Origin: Eledone cirrhosa
Lineage: Eukaryota
Reading direction: 5' to 3'
Assembly (NCBI GenBank): GCA_964016885.1
Contig: OZ024745.1
Coordinates: forward strand, 59,582,001-59,646,000
Length of the DNA: 64,000 nt
This document shows positions 27,151 through 40,500 of the stretch, piece by piece. Position 1 is the stretch's first letter; every line of letters begins with the position of its first letter. The position numbers and the translations under genes were made by a program. The notes under the pieces were generated by a model. The model saw only the letters and a program-made list of their open reading frames with translations, was not told the DNA's origin and made no database searches.

Positions 27151-30100
27151 TTGGAGTGAGAACCTCGACTTGGAGTGAAAACCTCGACTTGGAGTGAGAA
27201 CCTCGACTTGGAGTGAAAACCTCGACTTGGAGTGAGAACCTCGCCTTGGAGTGAAAACCTCGACTTGGAGTGAAAACCTCGACTTGGAGTGAAAACCTCG
27301 ACTTGGAGTGAAAACCTCGACTTGGAGTGAAAACCTCGATTTGGAGTGAAAACCTCGACTTGGAGTGAAAACCTCGACTTGGAGTGAAAACCTCGACTTG
27401 GAGTGAAAACCTCGACTTGGAGTGAAAACCTCGACTTGGAGTGAAAACCTCGACTTGGAGTGAAAACCTCGACTTGGAGTGAGAACCTCGACTTGGAGTG
27501 AAAACCTCGACTTGGAGTGAGAACCTCGACTTGGAGTGAAAACCTCGACTTGGAGTGAGAACCTCGACTTGGAGTGAAAACCTCGACTTGGAGTGAAAAC
27601 CTCGACTTGGAGTGAGAACCTCGACTTGGAGTGAAAACCTCGACTTGGAGTGAAAACCTCGACTTGGAGTGAGAACCTCGACTTGGAGTGAAAACCTCGA
27701 CTTGGAGTGAAAACCTCGACTTGGAGTGAGAACCTCGACTTGGAGTGAAAACCTCGACTTGGAGTGAAAACCTCGACTTGGAGTGAGAACCTCGACTTGG
27801 AGTGAAAACCTCGACTTGGAGTGAGAACCTCGACTTGGAGTGAAAACCTCGACTTGGAGTGACAACCTCGACTTGGAGTGAAAACCTCGACTTGGAGTGA
27901 GAACCTCGACTTGGAGTGAAAACCTCGACTTGGAGTGAGAACCTCGACTTGGAGTGAAAACCTCGACTTGGAGTGAGAACCTCGCCTTGGAGTGAAAACC
28001 TCGACTTGGAGTGAAAACCTCGACTTGGAGTGAAAACCTCGACTTGGAGTGAAAACCTCGACTTGGAGTGAAAACCTCGACTTGGAGTGAAAACCTCGAC
28101 TTGGAGTGAAAACCTCGACTTGGAGTGAAAACCTCGACTTGGAGTGAAAACCTCGACTTGGAGTGAAAACCTCGACTTGGAGTGAGAACCTCGACTTGGA
28201 GTGAAAACCTCGACTTGGAGTGACAACCTCGACTTGGAGTGAAAACCTCGACTTGGAGTGAGAACCTCGACTTGGAGTGAAAACCTCGACTTGGAGTGAG
28301 AACCTCGACTTGGAGTGAAAACCTCGACTTGGAGTGAGAACCTCGCCTTGGAGTGAAAACCTCGACTTGGAGTGAAAACCTCGACTTGGAGTGAAAACCT
28401 CGACTTGGAGTGAAAACCTCGACTTGGAGTGAAAACCTCGATTTGGAGTGAAAACCTCGACTTGGAGTGAAAACCTCGACTTGGAGTGAAAACCTCGACT
28501 TGGAGTGAAAACCTCGACTTGGAGTGAAAACCTCGACTTGGAGTGAAAACCTCGACTTGGAGTGAAAACCTCGACTTGGAGTGAAAACCTCGACTTGGAG
28601 TGAAAACCTCGACTTGGAGTGAAAACCTCGACTTGGAGTGAGAACCTCGACTTGGAGTGAAAACCTCGACTTGGAGTGAGAACCTCGACTTGGAGTGAAA
28701 ACCTCGACTTGGAGTGAAAACCTCGACTTGGAGTGAGAACCTCGACTTGGAGTGAAAACCTCGACTTGGAGTGAAAACCTCGACTTGGAGTGAGAACCTC
28801 GACTTGGAGTGAAAACCTCGACTTGGAGTGAAAACCTCGACTTGGAGTGAAAACCTCGACTTGGAGTGAAAACCTCGACTTGGAGTGAAAACCTCGACTT
28901 GGAGTGAGAACCTCGATTTGGAGTGAGAACCTCGACTTGGAGTGAAAACCTCGACTTGGAGTGAAAACCTCGACTTGGAGTGAGAACCTCGACTTGGAGT
29001 GAGAACCTCGACTTGGAGTGAAAACCGCGACTTGGAGTGAAAATCGCGACTTGGAGTGAAAACCTCGACTTGGAGTGAAAACCTCGACTTGGAGTGAAAA
29101 CCTCGACTTGGAGTGAGAACCTCGACTTGGAGTGAGAACCTCGACTTGGAGTGAAAACCTCGACTTGGAGTGAGAACCTCGACTTGGAGTGAGAACCTCG
29201 ACTTGGAGTGAGAACCTCGACTTGGAGTGAGAACCTCGACTTGGAGTCAAAACCTCGACTTGGAGTGAGAACCTCGACTTGGAGTCAAAACCTCGACTTG
29301 GAGTGAGAACCTCGACTTGGAGTGAGAACCTCGGCTTGGAGTGAGAACCTCGACTTGGAGTGAGAACCTCGACATGTAGTGAAAACCTCGACTTGGAGTG
29401 AAAACCTCGACTTGGAGTGAGAACCTCGACTTGGAGTGAAAACCTCGACTTGGAGTGAGAACCTCGACTTGGAGTGAAAACCTCGACTTGGAGTGACAAC
29501 CTCGACTTGGAGTGAAAACCTCGACTTGGAGTGACAACCTCGACTTGGAGTGAAAACCTCGACTTGGAGTGAGAACCTCGACTTGGAGTGAAAACCTCGA
29601 CTTGGAGTGAGAACCTCGACTTGGAGTGAAAACCTCGACTTGGAGTGAGAACCTCGCCTTGGAGTGAAAACCTCGACTTGGAGTGAAAACCTCGACTTGG
29701 AGTGAAAACCTCGACTTGGAGTGAAAACCTCGACTTGGAGTGAAAACCTCGATTTGGAGTGAAAACCTCGACTTGGAGTGAAAACCTCGACTTGGAGTGA
29801 AAACCTCGACTTGGAGTGAAAACCTCGACTTGGAGTGAAAACCTCGACTTGGAGTGAAAACCTCGACTTGGAGTGAAAACCTCGACTTGGAGTGAAAACC
29901 TCGACTTGGAGTGAGAACCTCGACTTGGAGTGAAAACCTCGACTTGGAGTGAGAACCTCGACTTGGAGTGAGAACCTCGACTTGGAGTGAGAACCTCGAC
30001 TTGGAGTGAAAACCTCGACTTGGAGTGAGAACCTCGACTTGGAGTGAAAACCTCGACTTGGAGTGAAAACCTCGACTTGGAGTGAGAACCTCGACTTGGA

Positions 30101-31520
30101 GTGAAAACCTCGACTTGGAGTGAAAACCTCGACTTGGAGTGAGAACCTCGACTTGGAGTGAAAACCTCGACTTGGAGTGAAAACCTCGACTTGGAGTGAG
30201 AACCTCGACTTGGAGTGAAAACCTCGACTTGGAGTGAGAACCTCGACTTGGAGTGAAAACCTCGACTTGGAGTGAGAACCTCGACTTGGAGTGAAAACCT
30301 CGACTTGGAGTGACAACCTCGACTTGGAGTGAAAACCTCGACTTGGAGTGAGAACCTCGACTTGGAGTGAAAACCTCGACTTGGAGTGAGAACCTCGACT
30401 TGGAGTGAAAACCTCGACTTGGAGTGAGAACCTCGCCTTGGAGTGAAAACCTCGACTTGGAGTGAAAACCTCGACTTGGAGTGAAAACCTCGACTTGGAG
30501 TGAAAACCTCGACTTGGAGTGAAAACCTCGACTTGGAGTGAAAACCTCGACTTGGAGTGAAAACCTCGACTTGGAGTGAAAACCTCGACTTGGAGTGAAA
30601 ACCTCGACTTGGAGTGAAAACCTCGACTTGGAGTGAGAACCTCGACTTGGAGTGAAAACCTCGACTTGGAGTGACAACCTCGACTTGGAGTGAAAACCTC
30701 GACTTGGAGTGAGAACCTCGACTTGGAGTGAAAACCTCGACTTGGAGTGAGAACCTCGACTTGGAGTGAAAACCTCGACTTGGAGTGAGAACCTCGCCTT
30801 GGAGTGAAAACCTCGACTTGGAGTGAAAACCTCGACTTGGAGTGAAAACCTCGACTTGGAGTGAAAACCTCGACTTGGAGTGAAAACCTCGATTTGGAGT
30901 GAAAACCTCGACTTGGAGTGAAAACCTCGACTTGGAGTGAAAACCTCGACTTGGAGTGAAAACCTCGACTTGGAGTGAAAACCTCGACTTGGAGTGAAAA
31001 CCTCGACTTGGAGTGAAAACCTCGACTTGGAGTGAAAACCTCGACTTGGAGTGAAAACCTCGACTTGGAGTGAAAACCTCGACTTGGAGTGAGAACCTCG
31101 ACTTGGAGTGAAAACCTCGACTTGGAGTGAGAACCTCGACTTGGAGTGAAAACCTCGACTTGGAGTGAAAACCTCGACTTGGAGTGAGAACCTCGACTTG
31201 GAGTGAAAACCTCGACTTGGAGTGAAAACCTCGACTTGGAGTGAGAACCTCGACTTGGAGTGAAAACCTCGACTTGGAGTGAAAACCTCGACTTGGAGTG
31301 AAAACCTCGACTTGGAGTGAAAACCTCGACTTGGAGTGAAAACCTCGACTTGGAGTGAGAACCTCGATTTGGAGTGAGAACCTCGACTTGGAGTGAAAAC
31401 CTCGACTTGGAGTGAAAACCTCGACTTGGAGTGAGAACCTCGACTTGGAGTGAGAACCTCGACTTGGAGTGAAAACCGCGACTTGGAGTGAAAATCGCGA
31501 CTTGGAGTGAAAACCTCGAC
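26900..31520. repeat. Tandem duplication of about 2.41-2.45 kb (127-129 monomers)
   Basis: catgtagtg 26960/29373 is offset by 2413. gtgacaacc 27863/30314 and 28224/30675, and ccgcg+atcgcg 29027/31478, are offset by 2451. Confidence 0.85.
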
Positions 31521-34500
31521 TTGGAGTGAAAACCTCGACTTGGAGTGAGAACCTCGACTTGGAGTGAAAACCTCGACTTGGAGTGAGAACCTCGACTTGG
31601 AGTGAAAACCTCGACTTTGAGTGAGAACCTCGCCTTGGAGTGAAAACCTCGACTTGGAGTGAAAACCTCGACTTGGAGTGAGAACCTCGACTTGGAGTGA
31701 AAACCTCGACTTGGAGTGAAAACCTCGACTTGGAGTGAAAACCTCGACTTGGAGTGAGAACCTCGACTTGGAGTGAAAACCTAGACTTGGAGTGAAAACC
31801 TCGACTTGGAGTGAAAACCTCGACTTGGAGTGAGAACCTCGACTTGGAGTGAAAACCTCGACTTGGAGTGAGAACCTCGACTTGGAGTGAAAACCTCGCT
31901 TTGGAGTGAAAACCTCGACTTGGAGTGAAAACCTCGACTTGGAGTGAGAACCTCGACTTGGAGTGAGAACCTCGACTTGGAGTTAGAACCTCGACTTGGA
32001 GTGAAAACCTCGACATGGAGTGAGAACCTCGACTTGGAGTGAAAACCTCGACATGGAGTGAAAACCGCGACTTGGAGTGAGAACCTCGACTTGGAGTGAA
32101 AACCTCGACTTGGAGTGAAAACCTCGACTTGGAGTGAGAACCTCGACTTGGAGTGAAAACCTCGACTTGGAGTGAGAACCTCGCCTTGGAGTGAAAACCT
32201 CGACTTTGAGTGAGAACCTCGATTGGAGTGAAAACCTCGACTTGGAGTGAAAACCTCGACTTGGAGTGAGAACCTCGACTTGGAGTGAAAACCTCGACTT
32301 GGAGTGAAAACCTCGACTTGGAGTGAAAACCTCGACTTGGAGTGATAACCTCGACTTGGAGTGAAAACCTCGACTTGGAGTGAAAACCTCGACTTGGAGT
32401 GAGAACCTCGACTTGGAGTGAGAACCTCGACTTGGAGTGAGAACCTCGACTTGGAGTGAGAACCTCGACTTGGAGTGAAAACCTCGACTTGGAGTGAGAA
32501 CCTCGACTTGGAGTGAAAAACTCGACATGGAGTGAAAACCTCGACTTGGAGTGAGAACCTCGACTTGGAGTGAAAACCTCGACTTGGAGTGAAAACCTCG
32601 ACTTGGAGTGAGAACCTCGCCTTGGAGTGAAAACCTCGCCTTGGAGTGAAAACATCGCCTTGGAGTGAAAACCTCGATTGGAGTGAGAACCTCGATTGGA
32701 GTGAGAACCTCGACTTGGAGTGAGAACCTCGACTTGGAGTGAAAACCTCGACTTGGAGTGAAAACCTCGACTTGGAGTGAAAACCTCGACTTGGAGTGAA
32801 AACCTCGGCTTGGAGTGAAAACCTCGACTTGGAGTGAGAACCTCGACTTGGAGTGAAAACCTCGACTTGGAGTGAGAACCTCGACTTGGAGTGAGAACCT
32901 CGACTTGGAGTGAGAACCTCGACTTGGAGTGAGAACCTCGACTTGGAGTGAGAACCTCGACTTGGAGTGAAAACCTCGACTTGGAGTGAGAACCTCGACT
33001 TGGAGTGAAAACCTCGACTTGGAGTGAGAACCTCGACTTGGAGTGAGAACCTCGACTTGGAGTGAAAACCTCGACTTGGAGTGAAAACCTCGACTTGGAG
33101 TGAAAACCTCGACTTGGAGTGAAAACCTCGACTTGGAGTGAAAACCTCGACTTGGAGTGAAAACCTCGACTTGGAGTGAAAACCTCGACTTGGAGTGAGA
33201 ACCTCGACTTGGAGTGAAAACCTCGACTTGGAGTGAAAACCTCGACTTGGAGTGAGAACCTCGACTTGGAGTGAAAACCTCGACTTGGAGTGAAAACCTC
33301 GACTTGGAGTGAGAACCTCGACTTGGAGTGAAAACCTCGACTTGAAGTGAGAACCTCGATTTGAAGTGAGAACCTCGACTTGAAGTGAGAACCTCGACTT
33401 GGAGTGAAAACCTCGACTTGGAGTGAGAACCTCGACTTGGAGTGAGAACCTCGACTTGGAGTGAGAACCTCGCCTTGGAGTGAGAACCTCGCCTTGGAGT
33501 GAGAACCTCGCCTTGGAGTGAAAACCTCGACTTTGAGTGAGAACCTCGCCTTGGAGTGAAAACCTCGACTTGGAGTGAAAACCTCGACTTGGAGTGAAAA
33601 CCTCGACTTGGAGTGAAAACCTCGACTTGGAGTGAAAACCTCGATTTGGAGTGAAAACCTAGACTTGGAGTGAAAACCTCGATTTGGAGTGAAAACCTCG
33701 ACTTGGAGTGAGAACCTCGAGTTGGAGTGAGAACCTCGAGTTGGAGTGAGAACCTCGACTTGGAGTGAAAACCTCGACTTGGAGTGAGAACCTCGACTTG
33801 GAGTGAAAACCTCGACTTGGAGTGAAAACCTCGACTTGGAGTGAAAACCTCGACTTGGAGTGAAAACCTCGACTTGGAGTGAGAACCTCGACTTGGAGTG
33901 AAAACCTCGACTTGGAGTGAAAACCTCGACTTGGAGTGAAAACCTCGACTTGGAGTGAAAACCTCGACATGGAGTGAAAACCTCGACTTGGATTGAGAAC
34001 CTCGATTGGAGTGAAAACCTCGACTTGGAGTGAGAACCTCGACTTGGAGTGAAAACCTCGACTTGGAGTGAAAACCTCGACTTGGAGTGAGAACCTCGAC
34101 TTGGAGTGAGAACCTCGACTTGGAGTGAAAACCTCGACTTGGAGTGAAAACCTCGACTTGGAGTGAGAACCTCGACTTGGAGTGAGAACCTCGACTTGGA
34201 GTGAAAACCTCGACATGGAGTGAGAACCTCGACTTGGAGTGAAAACCTCGACATGGAGTGAAAACCTCGACTTGGAGTGAGAACCTCGACTTGGAGTGAA
34301 AACCTCGACTTGGAGTGAGAACCTCGCCTTGGAGTGAAAACCTCGTCTTTGAGTGAGAACCTCGATTGGAGTGAAAACCTCGACTTGGAGTGAAAACCTC
34401 GACTTGGAGTGAGAACCTCGACTTGGAGTGAAAACCTCGACTTGGAGTGAGAACCTCGACTTGGAGTGAAAACCTCGACTTGGAGTGAAAACCTCGGCTT

Positions 34501-37500
34501 GGAGTGAGAACCTCGGCTTGGAGTGAAAACCTCGGCTTGGAGTGAAAACCTCGACTTGGAGTGAGAACCTCGACTTGGAGTGAGAACCTCGAGTTGGAGT
34601 GAAAACCTCGACTTGGAGTGAGAACCTCGACTTGGAGTGAGAACCTCGACTTGGAGTGAAAACCTCGACTTGGAGTGAGAACCTAGTCTTGGAGTGAAAA
34701 CCTCGACTTGGAGTGAGAACCTCGACTTGGAGTGAAAACCTCGACTTGGAGTGAGAACCTCGACTTGGAGTGAAAACCTCGACTTGGAGTGAGAACCTCG
34801 ACTTGGAGTGAAAACCTCGACTTGGAGTGAGAACCTCGACTTGGAGTGAAAACCTCGACTTGGAGTGAAAACCTCGACTTGGAGTGAAAACCTCGACTTG
34901 GAGTGAAAACCTCGACTTGGAGTGAAAACCTCGACTTGGAGTGAGAACCTCGACTTGGAGTGAAAACCTCGGCTTGGAGTGAAAACCTCGGCTTGGAGTG
35001 AAAACCTCGACTTGGAGTGAAAACCTCGACTTGGAGTGAGAATCTCGACTTGGAGTGAAAACCTCGACTTGGAGTGAAAACCTCGACTTGGAGTGAGAAC
35101 CTCGACTTGGAGTGAAAACCTCGACTTGGAGTGAGAACCTCGATTTGGTGTGAAAACCTCGACTTGGAGTGAGAACCTCGATTTGGTGTGAAAACCTCGA
35201 CTTGGAGTGAGAACCTCGATTTGGAGTGAAAACCTCGACTTGGAGTGAGAACCTCGATTTGGAGTGAGAACCTCGACTTGGAGTGAAAACCTCGACTTGG
35301 AGTGAGAACCTCGACTTGGAGTGAAAACCTCGACTTGGAGTGAGAACCTCGACTTGGAGTGAAAACCTCGACTTGGAGTGAGAACCTCGACTTGGAGTGA
35401 AAACCTCGACTTGGAGTGAGAACCTCGACTTGGAGTGAAAACCTCGACTTGGAGTGAGAACCTCGACTTGGAGTGAAAACCTCGACTTGGAGTGAGAACC
35501 TCGACTTGGAGTGAAAACCTCGACTTGGAGTGAAAACCTCGACTTGGAGTGAGAACCTCGACTTGGAGTGAAAACCTCGGCTTGGAGTGAAAACCTCAGC
35601 TTGGAGTGAAAACCTCGACTTGGAGTGAAAACCTCGACTTGGAGTGAGAATCTCGACTTGGAGTGAAAACCTCGACTTGGAGTGAAAACCTCGACTTGGA
35701 GTGAAAACCTCGACTTGGAGTGAAAACCTCGACTTGGAGTGAAAACCTCGACTTGGAGTGAGAACCTCGATTTGGTGTGAAAACCTCGACTTGGAGTGAG
35801 AACCTCGATTTGGTGTGAAAACCTCGACTTGGAGTGAGAACCTCGATTTGGAGTGAAAACCTCGACTTGGAGTGAGAACCTCGATTTGGAGTGAGAACCT
35901 CGACTTGGAGTGAAAACCTCGACTTGGAGTGAGAACCTCGACTTGGAGTGAAAACCTCGACTTGGAGTGAGAACCTCGACTTGGAGTGAAAACCTCGACT
36001 TGGAGTGAGAACCTCGACTTGGAGTGAAAACCTCGACTTGGAGTGAGAACCTCGACTTGGAGTGAAAACCTCGACTTGGAGTGAGAACCTCGACTTGGAG
36101 TGAAAACCTCGACTTGGAGTGAAAACCTCGACTTGGAGTGAAAACCTCGACTTGGAGTGAGAAACTCGACTTGGAGTGAGAACCTCGACTTGGGGTGAAA
36201 ACCTCGACTTGGGGTGAAAACCTCGACTTGGAGTGAAAACCTCGACTTGGAGTGAAAACCTCGACTTGGAGTGAGAACCTCGACTTGGAGTGAAAACCTC
36301 GACTTGGAGTGAGAACCTCGACTTGGAGTGAGAACCTCGACTTGGAGTGAGAACCTCGACTTGGAGTGAGAACCTCGACTTGGAGTGAGAACCTCGACTT
36401 GGAGTGAGAACCTCGAGTTGGAGTGAGAACCTCGACTTGGAGTGAAAACCTCGACTTGGAGTGAAAACCTCGACTTGGAGTGAAAACCTCGACTTGGAGT
36501 GAAAACCTCGACTTGGAGTGAAAACCTCGACTTGGAGTGAGAACCTCGACTTGGAGTGAAAACCTCGACTTGAAGTGAGAACCTCGATTTGAAGTGAGAA
36601 CCTCGACTTGGAGTGAGAACCTCGACTTGGAGTGAAAACCTCGACTTGGAGTGAAAACCTCGACTTGGAGTGAGAACCTCGACTTGGAGTGAGAACCTCG
36701 ACTTGAGTGAGAACCTCGCCTTGGAGTGAGAACCTCGCCTTGGAGTGAAAACCTCGACTTTGAGTGAGAACCTCGCCTTGGAGTGAAAACCTCGACTTGG
36801 AGTGAAAACCTCGACTTGGAGTGAAAACCTCGACTTGGAGTGAAAACCTCGACTTGGAGTGAAAACCTCGATTTGGAGTGAAAACCTAGACTTGGAGTGA
36901 AAACCTCGATTTGGAGTGAAAACCTAGACTTGGAGTGAAAACCTCGATTTGGAGTGAAAACCTCGACTTGGAGTGAGAACCTCGAGTTGGAGTGAGAACC
37001 TCGAGTTGGAGTGAGAACCTCGACTTGGAGTGAAAACCTCGACTTGGAGTGAGAACCTCGACTTGGAGTGAAAACCTCGACTTGGAGTGAAAACCTCGAC
37101 TTGGAGTGAAAACCTCGACTTGGAGTGAAAACCTCGACTTGGAGTGAGAACCTCGACTTGGAGTGAAAACCTCGACTTGGAGTGAAAACCTCGACTTGGA
37201 GTGAAAACCTCGACTTGGAGTGAAAACCTCGACATGGAGTGAAAACCTCGACTTGGAGTGAGAACCTCGACTTGGAGTGAAAACCTCGACTTGGAGTGAG
37301 AACCTCGACTTGGAGTGAAAACCTCGACTTGGAGTGAGAACCTCGCCTTGGAGTGAAAACCTCGTCTTTGAGTGAGAACCTCGATTGGAGTGAAAACCTC
37401 GACTTGGAGTGAAAACCTCGACTTGGAGTGAGAACCTCGACTTGGAGTGAAAACCTCGACTTGGAGTGAGAACCTCGACTTGGAGTGAAAACCTCGACTT

Positions 37501-40500
37501 GGAGTGAAAACCTCGGCTTGGAGTGAGAACCTCGGCTTGGAGTGAAAACCTCGGCTTGGAGTGAAAACCTCGACTTGGAGTGAGAACCTCGACTTGGAGT
37601 GAGAACCTCGAGTTGGAGTGAAAACCTCGACTTGGAGTGAGAACCTCGACTTGGAGTGAGAACCTCGACTTGGAGTGAAAACCTCGACTTGGAGTGAGAA
37701 CCTAGACTTGGAGTGAAAACCTCGACTTGGAGTGAGAACCTCGACTTGGAGTGAAAACCTCGACTTGGAGTGAGAACCTCGACTTGGAGTGAAAACCTCG
37801 ACTTGGAGTGAGAACCTCGACTTGGAGTGAAAACCTCGACTTGGAGTGAGAACCTCGACTTGGAGTGAAAACCTCGACTTGGAGTGAAAACCTCGACTTG
37901 GAGTGAAAACCTCGACTTGGAGTGAAAACCTCGACTTGGAGTGAAAACCTCGACTTGGAGTGAAAACCTCGACTTGGAGTGAGAACCTCGACTTGGAGTG
38001 AAAACCTCGGCTTGGAGTGAAAACCTCGGCTTGGAGTGAAAACCTCGACTTGGAGTGAAAACCTCGACTTGGAGTGAGAACCTCGACTTGGAGTGAAAAC
38101 CTCGACTTGGAGTGAAAACCTCGACTTGGAGTGAGAACCTCGACTTGGAGTGAAAACCTCGACTTGGAGTGAGAACCTCGATTTGGTGTGAAAACCTCGA
38201 CTTGGAGTGAGAACCTCGATTTGGTGTGAAAACCTCGACTTGGAGTGAGAACCTCGATTTGGAGTGAAAACCTCGACTTGGAGTGAGAACCTCGATTTGG
38301 AGTGAGAACCTCGACTTGGAGTGAAAACCTCGACTTGGAGTGAGAACCTCGACTTGGAGTGAAAACCTCGACTTGGAGTGAGAACCTCGACTTGGAGTGA
38401 AAACCTCGACTTGGAGTGAGAACCTCGACTTGGAGTGAAAACCTCGACTTGGAGTGAGAACCTCGACTTGGAGTGAAAACCTCGACTTGGAGTGAGAACC
38501 TCGACTTGGAGTGAAAACCTCGACTCGGAGTGAGAACCTCGACTTGGAGTGAAAACCTCGACTTGGAGTGAAAACCTCGACTTGGAGTGAAAACCTCGAC
38601 TTGGAGTGAGAAACTCGACTTGGAGTGAGAACCTCGACTTGGGGTGAAAACCTCGACTTGGGGTGAAAACCTCGACTTGGAGTGAAAACCTCGACTTGGA
38701 GTGAAAACCTCGACTTGGAGTGAGAACCTCGACTTGGAGTGAAAACCTCGACTTGGAGTGAGAACCTCGACTTGGAGTGAGAACCTCGACTTGGAGTGAG
38801 AACCTCGACTTGGAGTGAGAACCTCGACTTGGAGTGAGAACCTCGAGTTGGAGTGAGAACCTCGACTTGGAGTGAAAACCTCGACTTGGAGTGAAAACCT
38901 CGACTTGGAGTGAGAACCTCGACTTGGAGTGAAAACCTCGACTTGGAGTGAAAACCTCGACTTGGAGTGAAAACCTCGACTTGGAGTGAAAACCTCGACT
39001 TGGAGTGAGAACCTCGACTTGGAGTGAAAACCTCGACTTGAAGTGAGAACCTCGATTTGAAGTGAGAACCTCGACTTGGAGTGAGAACCTCGACTTGGAG
39101 TGAAAACCTCGACTTGGAGTGAGAACCTCGACTTGGAGTGAGAACCTCGACTTGGAGTGAGAACCTCGCCTTGGAGTGAGAACCTCGCCTTGGAGTGAAA
39201 ACTTCGACTTTGAGTGAGAACCTCGCCTTGGAGTGAAAACCTCGACTTGGAGTGAAAACCTCGACTTGGAGTGAAAACCTCGACTTGGAGTGAAAACCTC
39301 GACTTGGAGTGAGAACCTCGACTTGGAGTGAAAACCTCGACTTGGAGTGAGAACCTCGACTTGGAGTGAGAACCTCGACTTGGAGTGAGAACCTCGACTT
39401 GGAGTGAGAACCTCGACTTGGAGTGAGAACCTCGAGTTGGAGTGAGAACCTCGACTTGGAGTGAAAACCTCGACTTGGAGTGAAAACCTCGACTTGGAGT
39501 GAGAACCTCGACTTGGAGTGAAAACCTCGACTTGGAGTGAAAACCTCGACTTGGAGTGAAAACCTCGACTTGGAGTGAAAACCTCGACTTGGAGTGAGAA
39601 CCTCGACTTGGAGTGAAAACCTCGACTTGAAGTGAGAACCTCGATTTGAAGTGAGAACCTCGACTTGGAGTGAGAACCTCGACTTGGAGTGAAAACCTCG
39701 ACTTGGAGTGAGAACCTCGACTTGGAGTGAGAACCTCGACTTGGAGTGAGAACCTCGCCTTGGAGTGAGAACCTCGCCTTGGAGTGAAAACCTCGACTTG
39801 GAGTGAAAACCTCGACTTGGAGTGAAAACCTCGACTTGGAGTGAAAACCTCGACTTGGAGTGAAAACCTCGATTTGGAGTGAAAACCTAGACTTGGAGTG
39901 AAAACCTCGATTTGGAGTGAAAACCTCGACTTGGAGTGAAAACCTCGATTTGGAGTGAAAACCTCGAGTTGGAGTGAGAACCTCGACTTGGAGTGAGAAC
40001 CTCGAGTTGGAGTGAGAACCTCGACTTGGAGTGAAAACCTCGACTTGGAGTGAAAACCTCGACTTGGAGTGAAAACCTCGACTTGGAGTGAAAACCTCGA
40101 CTTGGAGTGAAAACCTCGACTTGGAGTGAAAACCTCGACTTGGAGTGAGAACCTCGACTTGGAGTGAAAACCTCGACTTGGAGTGAGAACCTCGACTTGG
40201 AGTGAAAACCTCGACTTGGAGTGAAAACCTCGACTTGGAGTGAAAACCTCGACTTGGAGTGAAAACCTCGACTTGGAGTGAGAACCTCGACTTGGAGTGA
40301 GAACCTCGACTTGGAGTGAAAACCTCGACTTGGAGTGAAAACCTCGACTTGGAGTGAGAACCTCGACTTGGAGTGAGAACCTCGACTTGGAGTGAAAACC
40401 TCGACATGGAGTGAGAACCTCGACTTGGAGTGAAAACCTCGACATGGAGTGAAAACCTCGACTTGGAGTGAGAACCTCGACTTGGAGTGAAAACCTCGAC

